Assembly (NCBI RefSeq): GCF_964194025.1
Contig: NC_134472.1
Span: 4,464,001 to 4,528,000 of the forward strand
DNA from: Convolutriloba macropyga
Lineage: Eukaryota
DNA: 64,000 nucleotides
Direction: 5' to 3'
The position numbers were made by a program, and so were the translations under genes. Below the pieces are notes generated by a model that ran no database searches, was not told where the DNA came from, and saw only the letters and a program-made list of their open reading frames with translations. This document shows, one piece after another, positions 14,930 through 25,845 of the stretch; the stretch's first letter is position 1; every line of letters begins with the position of its first letter.

Positions 14930-15400
14930 TTTCAAAAGTCAAATTTTCTGCATTCAATCCAATAACTCATTGTCAATTGCTGCTCGCTATACTTGTCGCG
15001 TGTATTTAGATATGGGTTCAATTTTTCTGTATTGGTTGCTTCCACTGTCATTATATTGTCAACCCCGCGACATGCATCGAGTATGTCCCATTCAATATTA
15101 TGCTCTTTACCACAACATTCAATGAGGTGTTTTCTCATATTCAATGAGGTGTTGTCCCGCTTGTTGTAGCCAACATTGACGGAATTGAATCCCTTACATG
15201 AAGCCCTTTATAACACAAGCAATTTGCGATTTTTATGAATGGATTCTTTCAGGGTGGTCAAACAAAATTTTAATTTTTCTTGTTGTGAAAATGATTTGAA
15301 TTATTCACATTTTTTTCTGTCTACTTGCTTCACTTTGAATGATGTCTCCTCTGTGTTGAACAAGAAAAATTGATGACGAACTAGTTTTGAATTTCAGTTG
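14930..15400 (-). mobile_element. Penelope-like element GIY-YIG endonuclease/C-terminal fragment (representative copy in the array), pseudogenised
   Basis: Across copies the minus strand reads QYRANI.QN.ASRL.K..C.IQVIFT.RK...PTLK.SI.KNLK..V..SC.G.NS.NVG..KR...HLIECCGKEHNIEWDILDACRGVDNIMTVEATNTEKLNPYLNTRDKY. This matches the PLE pattern VY...C..C...YVGQT...EA..I....P.LN. Confidence 0.85.
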
Positions 15401-17460
15401 CTATAATGACATATAGCACAAAGCTCTGGGGCGCAGTCGCTTTCCTTGCCATCGCTAATAAGGAGAAAAGCAGAACAAATGTTTGTTTCCCAGTGATGTT
15501 TATACTGGGGATCAGCGAGGCTTGTATTATCAGACTCCAACACAAAAACTCATCTCTCGCAGTCTATTAACAAATTGCATGGATCCGGGGAGTGGTTGTC
15601 CTCTCAAAATTTTTTCGCGTAGATGCTTCCATAATTGATTGAATTTAATACCATCAGTCCAACATGACCAAACTACACAGAACAATCTATCGTATCTGTT
15701 GATTTTCCCAACATTGACAATGCTCCGCATGCTTCCCCCCTAAATTGGGGGCAGCATGTAATTCACCATAGCTTAAACGCAGAAAGATCGTTGCACCACA
15801 AGAAAATATGGTTAGACAGTCGAAATACTGCTAATCGATCAAATTCCACGGAATGAGTTAAAACATTAACGATTTTTTCAAAAAAGTGGCAGTTATTGTT
15901 CCATATACAATTTTTTTTCTCACATTTATTACACACATAAAATTATCAATTTTTGTTTAAAATTTTTGAAGTTCCCGGGTTTTTTTTTCTTCCCGAGTTT
16001 TTACTTTCATTACTACCTGTTGTTATCCTTTACTTGTTGTAGAGGAGCATTTTTTTACTTTCAAAAGTCAAATTTTTTGCATTCAATCTCCAATAATTCA
16101 TTGTCAAATGCCACCTGCTATACTCTTTGCGCGTATATATATATATATGGTTTCATTTTTTTGTTTGCTTCTATTGTCATTATTTGTCAACCCTTCGATA
16201 TGCATCGAATATGTCCCATTCAATATTATGCTCTGTACCACAACATTCAATTAGGTGCTGTCCCACATACAAGGAGATCCGCTTGTTGCGGTCAACGCTG
16301 ATGGAGTTGGACAATAACATGAAGCTCTTCATACCACATACGATTTCAGATTTTTATGAAAGGATTCTTTCAGGGTGTGAAGACATTTTTTTAATTTTCT
16401 TTTTGTGGAATTGATTTAGATCACAAACATTTTTTTTCAGTCTAGTTGCTGAATTTTCAGTGATGTTATTCAAAAAAATACGAAGGCGATGAACTAGTTT
16501 TAGATTCCAGTTGTTTTATACATCAACAAATAGCAAAAAACGCTGCGCCTAGGATAATGAGAGGAAGCAGGGCAAAAATGTGTTTCCTAGTGAAATTTTT
16601 ACTAGGGATCAGAAAACCTAGTCTTGCTTAGTTTCATGCCGTCTGTTTACAAATGCGTGGATGCCGGGAGTGGTTTTCCGCTCGTAACTCTGCCGCGTAA
16701 AAGCGTCCATAATTGAAAATCAACAGAACGGGATACTGCCACCAGTTAAACATTTACTTGAATAGGATGTGTAACAATGCTGACAACCACTATCTCAAAT
16801 GCAAAGCAGCCACTATCTCAAATGCCACTTGAATTAAATTTCTATTTGAAATGAAGTAATAAGTCCCCGGACCTAAAAGTGATTGACGTATAGGAAAACC
16901 CAGTAGAGGTAGCTAACTGGCTGGACCGAATACCACCATTTCAACATTTTTTCAGTCTCCTTGCAGAATTTTGAGTGATGTTTGCTCTGTATTAAACAAA
17001 AACACAGAAGTGATGAACTAGATTTGGATTCTAGTTGGTCCAATGACAAATAGCTTAGAGCGCTTGCCCCAGTAATTTTAATTGCCGCCAAAAATGAGAA
17101 AAATGAGTGCAAATATTTGTTTCCCAATGAGAATTTTGTTAGGGAACGGAGAGACTGGTCTTACTTGATCCCGCCAAAAAAATCCATTTCCCGCATTATG
17201 TTAACCGATTTTGTGGATCCGTGGAGTAGTTGTCCACTCGTTGTTTTGCTGCGTAGAGGCGTCCATAATCAACTTCACAGAATAAACCGCCTTCCCTGTT
17301 ACATGTTTCTTTGCCCGACGTTGAAGATGCGCCTCCTGCCCTCCCTTAACCGGGGATGGCATGTCATTCACCATGGCGTTGATGCCGAAAGGTCGTGGAA
17401 TACAAGCAAGTGGTGAATAGGCAATCAAACTACTACTAATCTACCGAATTCTACCGAAGA

Positions 17461-17968
17461 TCCAGACAATTTTCTGTTTTTCTCTTGCTCCTTGTCAGTA
17501 ATGCCTCAGAAATTGTAATCAAAGTTTTAATTTGATTCGCACCCGACTCCTTTCCCCTCGTAAAGGAACGCGTCGGTTACAATCAATGCACATTACCAGC
17601 ATGTCGGGAGTTTTGTTCTCCCTTCCCTTGTTTGGTTTCTGCAAGGATTGTTCAAAAGATTTCAACCACAATATTTCCAATATTACTGCCAGTGAAGCAC
17701 CAATGGCCGAACCGTCCGATTGAGTGTACCACAGTTTATTACACTCAAATTGAACACTCGTTACGGCTAGTCTCAGAATGCTCTTCATAGCTGACCCCGG
17801 AATCTCAGGAACCTCGTCAATGAAGTACAAGCTAAAGCGCAATTTCAATTGCCTCAACCGGTACATAGGTGTACAAGCTTTTAACTTCGAGAGATACTAT
17901 TAGATCATCTTATTTTAAATCTGTAGCCTCATAAGCCGCTTTGACATCCTTCGAGTTAATCTCAATAT
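17461..17968 (-). mobile_element. Penelope-like element reverse transcriptase remnant (motifs A-B) followed by a PHD-like Cys insert
   Basis: Minus strand, with frameshifts: IVSLEVKSLYTYVPVEAIEIA (motif A, cf. SLDVKSLYTNVP), then FECNKLWYTQSDGSAIGASLAVILEILWL (PLE motif B, cf. YxQxDGLAMGSPL), then MCIDCNRRV..RGKGVGCES...GITDKE...IVWI. Confidence 0.85.
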
Positions 17969-17989
17969 GTGTACCTAGTAACCTCTGGA

Positions 17990-18360
17990 AAAGAGAAACA
18001 AATTTGTTGAGAATCTGGCAACTGGTAGTGGGTACTGACAGAACAGGCGATTACCTGTGAATTGCAGCTCTGTGGGACAGCTACTGCAACAATAACAACC
18101 AGATTTGGATATCCTTCGCTTTGCAGGTGAATAATGGCATCAGTTTTAGCTTTGAGCTGCTCAATCAAATTGATCTTCTCGCTAGGGCTACAGGCTGTGT
18201 TGTTGCTCTTGTGCTTGTTGCCAGTGTTGATCACATATTTTCTTTTCTTAAACGGGGGTGTGATACACGGACGGAACAGTGAGCCACCACTATGAACCAT
18301 CACAGCATCATATGTAAATTTTCCGCAAAATACATGCTCGTAGCATCGTCAAACACGGCA
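17990..18360 (-). mobile_element. Possible LINE ORF1 (zinc-knuckle) remnant
   Basis: NTGNKHKSNNTACSP resembles a decayed C-x2-C-G-x2-H-x-S-x4-C knuckle. The segment cctcgctttgcaggtgaataatggca..ttttagctttg recurs at about 23062-23102. Confidence 0.3.
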
Positions 18361-19028
18361 CTCTAACTCTTTTAGAGCTGCGTCATTTAAGTTTATTTTA
18401 ATATGAATCTAGTCTCCCCTCCCGCACTATGGCACTGCAAAAACTACCAATGTCAGTCGGCCGTTTGGATATGGAAAGACTTGAATTATAAATGTCATAA
18501 TGGCTAACAAATTTCAAAATAACATGAAAGAAACAGAAAGAGCAAACTGTATGGCAATGACAGCGAGACGGTCGGGGTTAAGAGCAAGAGCACATAAAAA
18601 AAATTTATTGTGTGCGCAGCAGCAACAGCCATGAAAAGAATAAGTTATCTATGATATTGTTGTGGAGGTCAACTTGAGGTCATTTAGAGGTCGTTTTGGC
18701 ATTGAATGCGAAGACAGTGTCTGTCATTAGAGGTCATATGGTTGCAGTTATTTAAAAATTTGGGATAATTAGGATCAGACTTCTACGTTGAAAGTTTCTA
18801 TGCTGATGTCATCTGAAGTCATCATACGGCACCCTCTGAGGCATATGATTGCACTGAGCAGAAGAGCAAAACTTGTTCTCGTGCGTATGTACGTTATTGC
18901 GTCCGAGTATGATTCGTCCGAGTATTGCTGATCACATCGTGCCAGAGAATAATATCAAGCTTAAGACCAATTGATCCTCGTTTAATTAATAATAAAAACC
19001 TTAAAACTGACTTATTGCGGCTGGGTTA

Positions 19029-21478
19029 AGTTCGAGTTCGAGTATTCTGGTCTGTAGGTTTGTTGCCTCTGTCGACCAGCTCCTCCGTGTTGTCCCTTAC
19101 CCTAGGACAATTCGCGGAACAACCTGTGTTGCCAGTGTCTGTCAAGTCGTGTCTTGAAGATATCCAAGCTTTCACTTGACACGACGTGTTCTGGTAACTC
19201 GTTCCAATCTTTAGGTCCATCAACTGAGAAAAACTTTTTCCTCAGCTCCAGTCGTGCTCTTCTGATGGAAAGTTGCTGCCCATGTTTCCTCGAGTTTCGT
19301 TCGATAAACTGAATTAGATTTCCCGTAGCAGATTCGTCGTACATTCCATTGATGATTTTGAAGATTTCTATCATCCGGCCTCTTTGTCTTCTGTATTCTG
19401 TGGTTGGTAGCTTGAGTTCCCTGAGCCGCTCTTCATAACTTAAACCTCGCAGGGATCCAACTAGCCTTGTGGCTCTTCTTTGAACATTTTCTATACTGGT
19501 CTTATGCTTTTTAAGATTTGGATACCAGATTTGGTTCGCGTACTCTAGGTGGGGTCTGATTAATGCTTTGTACAGTTGTAGAAATACTTGTTTGCTGATG
19601 TTAATAAAACTTCTGCGGATTAGGGCAAGAATAGAGTTCGCTTTCTTCAACTTCATACAGATGTGCTCTTCGAAACTAAGTTTGCTGTCGGTCATTATTC
19701 CCAGGTCTTTCTCTTTGTACACACTCTTAAGATTTTGGTCTTTGTTAAGATTGTACGTTCTCTCTGATGTGGTCTTCTTCTTTGATGTCAATGTCATCTT
19801 TACACATTTCTCTGCGTTGAACTCAAGGAGGCTCGTCTTCGACCATGTTCGGAGTTCTTCTAGGTCTTTCTGGAGGATTAGTTGATCTTCTACTGTTGAG
19901 ATCTCTCTGTAGAGCTTTGCGTCGTCTGCGAACAGTAGGAGTGGGGACTGAACCACGTCTGTCATTGAGTTGATGTAGATGATGAACAAGACTGGTCCTA
20001 GTACCGATCCTTGCGGTATTCCGCTCAGTACTGGTTCCCATCTTGAAGGAATTTCGTTTACCATCACTCTTTGCTCTCTTCCATTGAGGAAGCTTCGGAT
20101 CCAGTCGTGGGTTTTACCTCCAATTCCAAGTTGATGTAGTACTCTGAAGAGTCTCTGGTGAGGGACTGTGTCGAAGGCTTTTTTGAAGTCAAGGTAGATA
20201 ATATCCACTTCGTTATTCTTATCTAGCGCTTCTGTCCAATCGTCCATTGCTCTTAAGAGCTGCAGTGTTGTCGACCTTCCAGTCATGAACCCATACTGTT
20301 TCTGACTAATCAGGTCGTTTGTCAGAATATGGTTCATGAGGTGTTTTCTTACAAACTTCTCCATAACTTTGCAGCATACGGATGTCAGGCTAACCGGTCT
20401 GTAGTTAGCTGCGTCTTTCTTTGGTCCTTTTTTGTAGATCGCTGAGATGTTGGCCCTTCTCCAGTCGTCCGGGACTGTACCTGTTCTCCAAGATTCGTAG
20501 AAAATTTCTGTGAGATATTGAGCTATTTTTTCTCTTGCTTCCAGCAGAACTCTAGCGTGGATTCCGTCATATCCTGGTGATTTCGTGTCGTCTAATTTTT
20601 TTAGTTGCTCTAAGACTTCACTTGTTGATATATTGATGTTGTCGTCGATTTGGTCTCGGTTTGTGACTGCAATGTCCCAGTCTGGTTCTTCTTCGTGGAC
20701 AAACACAGATGCGAAGAACTTGGATAACGTTTCTGCTTTCTCATAGTCACAGCTTGTCGTGTTTCCATCCTCCCTCTCAAGGTCGGGGATGGTTTCCCTT
20801 GTTTTCGTTTTCTGGTTGACGAAAGACCAAAACGCTTTCGGGTTGCTCTTGCACACCGCTGCCACAGTTTGTTCTTTTTCATGTTGGCGTTTTCTAGTTA
20901 GCTTCCTGACCATGTTCCGTCTTCGTGCGTACTCTCGATATGACCAGTCCGAGTTCTCCTTGATGAACTGCTTCCATGTCTTCTTCTTTTGTTTGATGGC
21001 TTCTCTAGTTGTGGAGTCAAGTGGTAATCTACTTTTTTCTCCTCTTGTTATTTTTGTCAATGGAACGTGGTTCTCCACTGCGGTCTGGATCGTGTCCCGG
21101 AAGAGCTCCCATTTCTCGTTTACATTTTGGGTGACTGTGGAGTTGGTGTCTAATTTAGATTTCAGGTACTTTCTGATGGCTTTGAAGTTGGATTTCCTGT
21201 AGTTTCGTCGATACTTGATGTCAGTTCCTACAGTTAGAGCAAACGATGTTTTGGTCATTACATGATGGCCTTTTCCTAAGGGTGCACAATGGTCTATTCT
21301 CTTTGGTTCCAGGGAACTATGCGTCAGCATTAGATCTAGCAAAGATGGTCGGTTGTTTCTGGCACTTCGAGTTGGCGTCTTCACATGTTGTTCCATGAAA
21401 GAGTCCTTCACGGCTTCCAGGAATATCCATTCGTTGCTCTCTGCTTCACCAGTTGCACGTGCCACTTCCCAATCAATT
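19029..21478 (-). mobile_element. Young 5'-truncated CR1-clade LINE
   Basis: Uninterrupted ORF2, a short 3' UTR and a short (ACTCGA)n tail at 19029-19043. Truncated inside the APE domain at (K)IDWE. Visibly more GC-rich than its flanks. Confidence 0.93.
19102..21465 (-). CDS. CR1-type ORF2: C-terminal part of APE endonuclease plus complete reverse transcriptase (no native start)
   Basis: QHVKTPTR..SLLDLML; NPKAFWSFV; KSPGYDGIH; NYRPVSLTSVCCKVME; DIIYLDFKKAFDTVPHQRL; SGIPQGSVLGPVLF; LFADDAK; LYKALIRPHLEYA; WNELPEHVV...FKTRLD. Confidence 0.95.
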   Translation of the reverse strand: MARATGEAESNEWIFLEAVKDSFMEQHVKTPTRSARNNRPSLLDLMLTHSSLEPKRIDHCAPLGKGHHVMTKTSFALTVGTDIKYRRNYRKSNFKAIRKYLKSKLDTNSTVTQNVNEKWELFRDTIQTAVENHVPLTKITRGEKSRLPLDSTTREAIKQKKKTWKQFIKENSDWSYREYARRRNMVRKLTRKRQHEKEQTVAAVCKSNPKAFWSFVNQKTKTRETIPDLEREDGNTTSCDYEKAETLSKFFASVFVHEEEPDWDIAVTNRDQIDDNINISTSEVLEQLKKLDDTKSPGYDGIHARVLLEAREKIAQYLTEIFYESWRTGTVPDDWRRANISAIYKKGPKKDAANYRPVSLTSVCCKVMEKFVRKHLMNHILTNDLISQKQYGFMTGRSTTLQLLRAMDDWTEALDKNNEVDIIYLDFKKAFDTVPHQRLFRVLHQLGIGGKTHDWIRSFLNGREQRVMVNEIPSRWEPVLSGIPQGSVLGPVLFIIYINSMTDVVQSPLLLFADDAKLYREISTVEDQLILQKDLEELRTWSKTSLLEFNAEKCVKMTLTSKKKTTSERTYNLNKDQNLKSVYKEKDLGIMTDSKLSFEEHICMKLKKANSILALIRRSFINISKQVFLQLYKALIRPHLEYANQIWYPNLKKHKTSIENVQRRATRLVGSLRGLSYEERLRELKLPTTEYRRQRGRMIEIFKIINGMYDESATGNLIQFIERNSRKHGQQLSIRRARLELRKKFFSVDGPKDWNELPEHVVSSESLDIFKTRLDRHWQHRLFRELS

Positions 21479-21824
21479 TTTAATTATTAAAAAGCTCAGA
21501 GTGAAAATCTGGAAATATTTGGTCTGTTCTTGTGAACGGTTTTAAGACCGGTATTGAAATGCTATTCTATATTGGTGCCTGGACAATATTCGAAATCATT
21601 CACCCTTTTCTTTGCGACAAGTTTTCGACAATTGTAAATGCTGAGTTCTCGAACGCAGATTTACAATTGTCGAAAACTTGTCGCAAAGAAAAGGGTGAAT
21701 GATTTCGAATATTGTCCAGGCACCAATATAGAATAGCATTTCAATACCGGTCTTAAAACCGTTCACAAGAACAGACCAAATATTTCCAGATTTTCACTGT
21801 GAGCTTTTTAATAATTAAAAATTG
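21474..21824. repeat. Near-perfect inverted repeat: 166-bp arms with a 19-nt quasi-palindromic centre
   Basis: 21474-21639 is the reverse complement of 21659-21824; I found one mismatch (cagagtg vs cactgtg). The centre gctgagttctcgaacgcag pairs further (ctg/cag, gttc/gaac). Confidence 0.97.
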
Positions 21825-22740
21825 TCTTTCACCTTTTTTCTTTAAAAATTACGCTATTGTTTTCCGATGTGTCTTATTAATTACCTTAGTCTGTAGATTT
21901 TGTGGGAGATGCGATTTTTTAAACCTTGAGTGCAGTTTGACGAATTGAATGTGTTTGAGAACTGTCTCATTTAATGGAATTTCAGGTGTATGAACTTGGC
22001 AAGTTGGTTATAGCCTCTCTATAAAATGGAGTTAATACAGAATTTGGCGTTGTTTTGTGGGTTGATTTTGATAGTCAGAGCAGAAGATTTGGCAAAACGG
22101 TGCTCATTATTCATCAAGGAAATTCCAGATTGCATCCAGTGTAATGGTAAGTTCTACGGTGTCTAATAGTTGGGCAAACCGATTTCGACTGACTGCTATT
22201 AGAGTATTGGGCTTTGTTTAATAGATCAAAGGTGTTCTAACATTTGTTTCAATAAAATTTATCGTTTCATAATACGGATCTATTCTGTTCCGGCCCCCCA
22301 GTATTTTTTTATGACCCCCAGTTACAAATTATATATTGTTATATAGCACGTTACTATGTAAGAAAATAGCACGTGCGCCTGTTATACTCCTGCTTCTTAC
22401 CACAGTACCCTATTGTCTATTTGTATCTATTCTGCCCCCCCCCGCTTAGAGAGCTTAAAACTTTTGGCTAACGTGGTATTTTTTACATAGTAACTACCAT
22501 CGTTCTATTATAGCAAATTGGATCTTTTCCGTTTAAGTGCTTCTCTCATTCTTTCAAAATTATGGGATTTTTGTATTCCCCCACTGAACTGACATTCTCT
22601 CCTGAAGTGAAAAAACCGAAAAAAACCTGAACGAGAGCAACAAAACCGGAAAAGTCCTGAAAGCCTTGTTCAGACTTAGAAGAAATATTGCCAGCACAAC
22701 GCTCCAGAATAAAAGAAACTGCTATGCATGCTTTGCACAC

Positions 22741-23037
22741 GATCCAATTTACACGAGAAATCGTGTAAAATTATACGTTTCTCTCGGGCTTAAAATCAGG
22801 AGTTTTCGTGCGATTTGCATGATTAATCATGTGAAACTCGTGCAATTTTTCGTTTGTTTTGAACCAATTTGTGTGTTTCACACGAAAAATCGCGTGGTTT
22901 TTCACACGAAAAATCGGCAAAAACGCACGAGAAATTGCATGAATTCTGCATGACTTATCGTGTGAATAACACGAGAAATCCTGAGGTTGAGCACGAGAGA
23001 ATCGTGTAATTTACACGATTTCTTGTGTAAATTGGCC
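22741..23037. mobile_element. MITE with ~48-bp terminal inverted repeats and internal cacgagaaa motifs
   Basis: Left gatccaatttacacgagaaatcgtgtaaaattatacgtttctctcgggct versus right agcacgagagaatcgtgtaatttacacgatttcttgtgtaaattggcc. The GGCC end suggests PIF/Harbinger; no clear TSD. Confidence 0.8.
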
Positions 23038-23124
23038 TTTTATCGTGTCTCATTTCACGCTCCTCGCTTTGCAGGTGAATAATGGCAGCAATTTTAGCTT
23101 TGTAGTAATGGATGAGCCGACACA

Positions 23125-23930
23125 ATCTTTCGGTGCTGGAAATGCAATCGATGTGACATAAATGAATTTCACGAAAGCGTTTGACAGCGTACCGCACAAG
23201 CGCTTATTGAACGTTATGATGCTATTGGTATTCAAAAGGCAATGACTAAAATGGATTAAAAGTTTAATAACATATAGACATCAACAAGTAACCATCAAAG
23301 GTATATACTCAAACTGGAACCTGTCTAGAGCAGAATTTGTCAAGTTTCAAGCTTCGGACCAATATTATTCAGTTTGTATCTGAATTTTCTTTAAAATCTT
23401 GTCAGATCTAACTTGTACCTAATCGAAGACGTCACAAAACTACAACGTAAGCATCAACCCGAATGTTGAAATTCAACTGCAAGAAGATCTGACAAACCTT
23501 CAGATATGGCCAGGCGTCAGTCCACTTACGTTTCAACACGAAAAATTGTTACAGTGCGAATCTCTCTAAAACATGGAAAGGAAGCACGAGATTCAAACTC
23601 CGCTTTAAAAATCTACTGAACATTTATAACTAAACGCTTTAAAAATCGACTGAACATTTATAACTAAAAGGACTTAAGCGTTTATACAGACTATGACCGG
23701 GCATTTGACGGACGTATCAGAACGAAATAGTCTTCCTTCAATTATATAAATTGCCGGTGCAACCACGTTTTGAATATCGGAATCAAATTTGTTGTCCATG
23801 TAACAACATCAGTTCATGATAGAAATTGTACAACCAAGAGCAGCTAATTTAGTCAGAAGTCTCTGAGAAATCTCACATACCATGAAAGACAGAAAACTCG
23901 AGTTACCATCACTTGAATATCGAATTCAAA
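23125..23930 (+). mobile_element. Old decayed CR1-type RT fragment
   Basis: AIDVT*MNFTKAFDSVPHKRLL, LQEDLTNLQIW and LELPSLEYR, collinear with the intact CR1 ORF2 but broken by stops and frameshifts. Confidence 0.8.
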
Positions 23931-24546
23931 CTCAATCCATTCCACCGAATTTCGGGACCAGTTTTCAAGCTTCAGTGAAAGAGCTTATAGAAGTTATTCA
24001 TATCAACTCAAAATCACGATTGGAAATTGGACGAATTTTTTTGCTGAAATTCTGGCATTCTGTGCGAGATACTGTAAGGACAATTACCACAAAATGGATC
24101 CGTGCGGATGCACAAACTGTAAAGATGCAAAGAAACTGAATTTTCAGTGACTTGATACCTCTACAGGCTTTCAAATTGGTATCGGAGAATGTCTCTGATT
24201 GGACCTCTGAAGACTGCTACTATTATAAATATTGTTATCTTCATTATATAACTACTCATCAATTGTGATCGAGAGGCAAAAAATACGGGGGGGGGGGGGG
24301 GGGAAGAAGAAATCCAAAATATGGCACGTGCTTATTGAGGGGGGAGGTGCTAATATGCACCCACTTGGCTGGGATTCACAGATGGAGAAGGTCCAACAAG
24401 TTATTTATAGCAAGGGGGATATAAAAAACGAGGATAGGTCCTCAGTTCCTTTCAGTTCTCGTTTTCACATTCTACCTGCTTATTACTTTCTTTACATACA
24501 GCGTTTCCTGACAGTCGGGTGGTAATGGACCTCTGAGAAATGAGTC

Positions 24547-24643
24547 AGGGACCTTTCCGTTATAGCCCCATTATGGTAAACTTACGGTAATGGGGGTATA
24601 CGATATATGCCCACTAAGCTTGTGACTATAACGGAAGAACCCT
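24547..24643. mobile_element. Small MITE/hairpin element
   Basis: Terminal inverted repeats agggacctttccgttatagcc / gactataacggaagaaccct. Confidence 0.6.
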
Positions 24644-24964
24644 ATATTTAGCTCGAGTGTAGACCCTTGTTTTAATATTGGTTATCTGCTTATACCTTAG
24701 TTAGTTAATTGGTTTATTAGAAACTGACTTTTGGTTTTTGCACCCATCTTTTCGGAGTTCCTTCATGTTTTTGGGTCAGCTCTGTGTTTTTAATTGGTTG
24801 TTCTCACTACCTCTTCGTTAACCTGATTGTGCTGTTCTCTTCTATCCCTCTTCATCTCACATCAACAAAACGCGACATCATAAATTGTGTTAGTTAATCT
24901 TTCATAATTTTGTAATGACATTTGAAAATAACTCCATTTTTGAAACATGATTTTTTTCTTTTAG

Positions 24965-25750
24965 TCCAGGAAAGCTCGAAGGAGGAGTTTGATCTTCATT
25001 TCAAAAACGATTCATTCTACCATAACGACTGTCAGACCCAAATAAATGCCAGATTCTTTTCAATTGTCTTTGAAAACTCAACAAATCAATATTACGTAAT
25101 TACTAGCTTGCACAGTGACCTTTCAACAATCCATCATACAAAGAAAATCTTGTTCCGAGTTAATTACGTTTCACAATCGAAAGGTTTACGAAACAGCTTC
25201 TATGCCGCAGATGTTTCCTTCGGTGGAAGTCACAAAGTTGATTTACCCAAGATGCGAATTTTCCTGCCGTTAGAAGATGTAGATCTAAGTAGACCCATTG
25301 ACGTGAAATCGCACAGCAAGCTCGCCTGCGCTGGTCTGTACAGTGAGTTTAATTTAGAGTCACCAGTACGTGGTGGTATTTCTAATGTTCTTTTCAAACC
25401 TGAAGATTCGAAAGGATGCAAGCATTTGGCGATTGGAATTCTGGGAACAAAAACGTTTGCCACGAGCCTTGAAATTTCAAAAACAGAGTTAGAAAGATTT
25501 TCAGTGGGCAGTACAGAGAGTGTTGAGCCAATCAAGCCTTTAAGGAGTGCTAAGTCACCTTCATTCGGAAACGTATTGACTGGAATAGTTGCGGCTGTAG
25601 TGGTTGTCATTGTAGTGATTGTCTTAGTTATCGTCTTCGGTCCTGGAACCTGTCTGCGAAAGAAACCACAGCCGGCTGTTGAACCAAATCCGCCACCCCC
25701 ACATGAAGATGGCCAAGTTGTGAAATACCTTGAGCGTGATCACTCCCCAG
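24965..25750 (+). CDS. Internal coding exon of unknown single-pass membrane protein A (ectodomain, TM, Pro-rich tail)
   Basis: 282-codon ORF. Acceptor ttttctttttag|TC and donor CCAG|gtataa, both phase 1. TM segment VLTGIVAAVVVVIVVIVLVIVF followed by CLRKK. Clear paralogy to 34807-35712. Confidence 0.85.
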
Positions 25751-25804
25751 GTATAAATATCTCATATTGAAAAATATGGTCATTGAAATAATGCGCGGAT
25801 TCAG

Positions 25805-25845
25805 TTTTGGCTGAATTGGCAGCTAAGAAAGCCCAGCAAGACTAA
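25805..25845 (+). CDS. Candidate terminal exon of membrane protein A (VLAELAAKKAQQD*)
   Basis: A 54-nt gt...ttcag intron (25751-25804) keeps phase 1 and gives a short open frame ending in TAA. Alternatively the previous exon simply reads on to the stop at 25770. Confidence 0.45.

Larger units (their letters stand above)
2170..17460. repeat. Composite tandem array of PLE 3' fragments (minus), an inverted LINE 5' fragment (minus) and a LINE 3' end with (ACT)n tail (plus)
   Basis: The same blocks recur in the same order: about 15 copies of ...gcaccacaagaaagttgtgg..agtcacactactactaatc (e.g. 5115, 6680, 9148, 11617, 14708, 17428), about 9 copies of atgacaaatagcacaaag...cttccataattga, and repeated GIY-YIG C-terminal ORF fragments (5429, 6799, 9267, 11818, 14932). 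Confidence 0.92.

Noticed and set aside
2170-17460. Hammerhead ribozymes in the Penelope-derived array (ggactgatg on the minus strand)
   Set aside because: The motif is mostly CTGATGG, lies antisense in the LINE module, and has no stem II-GAAA.
2170-17460. CRISPR array or tandem protein-coding gene cluster
   Set aside because: Units are hundreds of bp with no unique spacers; the ORFs are stop/frameshift-ridden TE fragments or their antisense shadows.
19568-21202. Plus-strand ORFs at 19568 and 20759 (and alternative-frame ORFs inside COG7 and RTCA)
   Set aside because: Antisense or alternative-frame shadows of real coding sequence.
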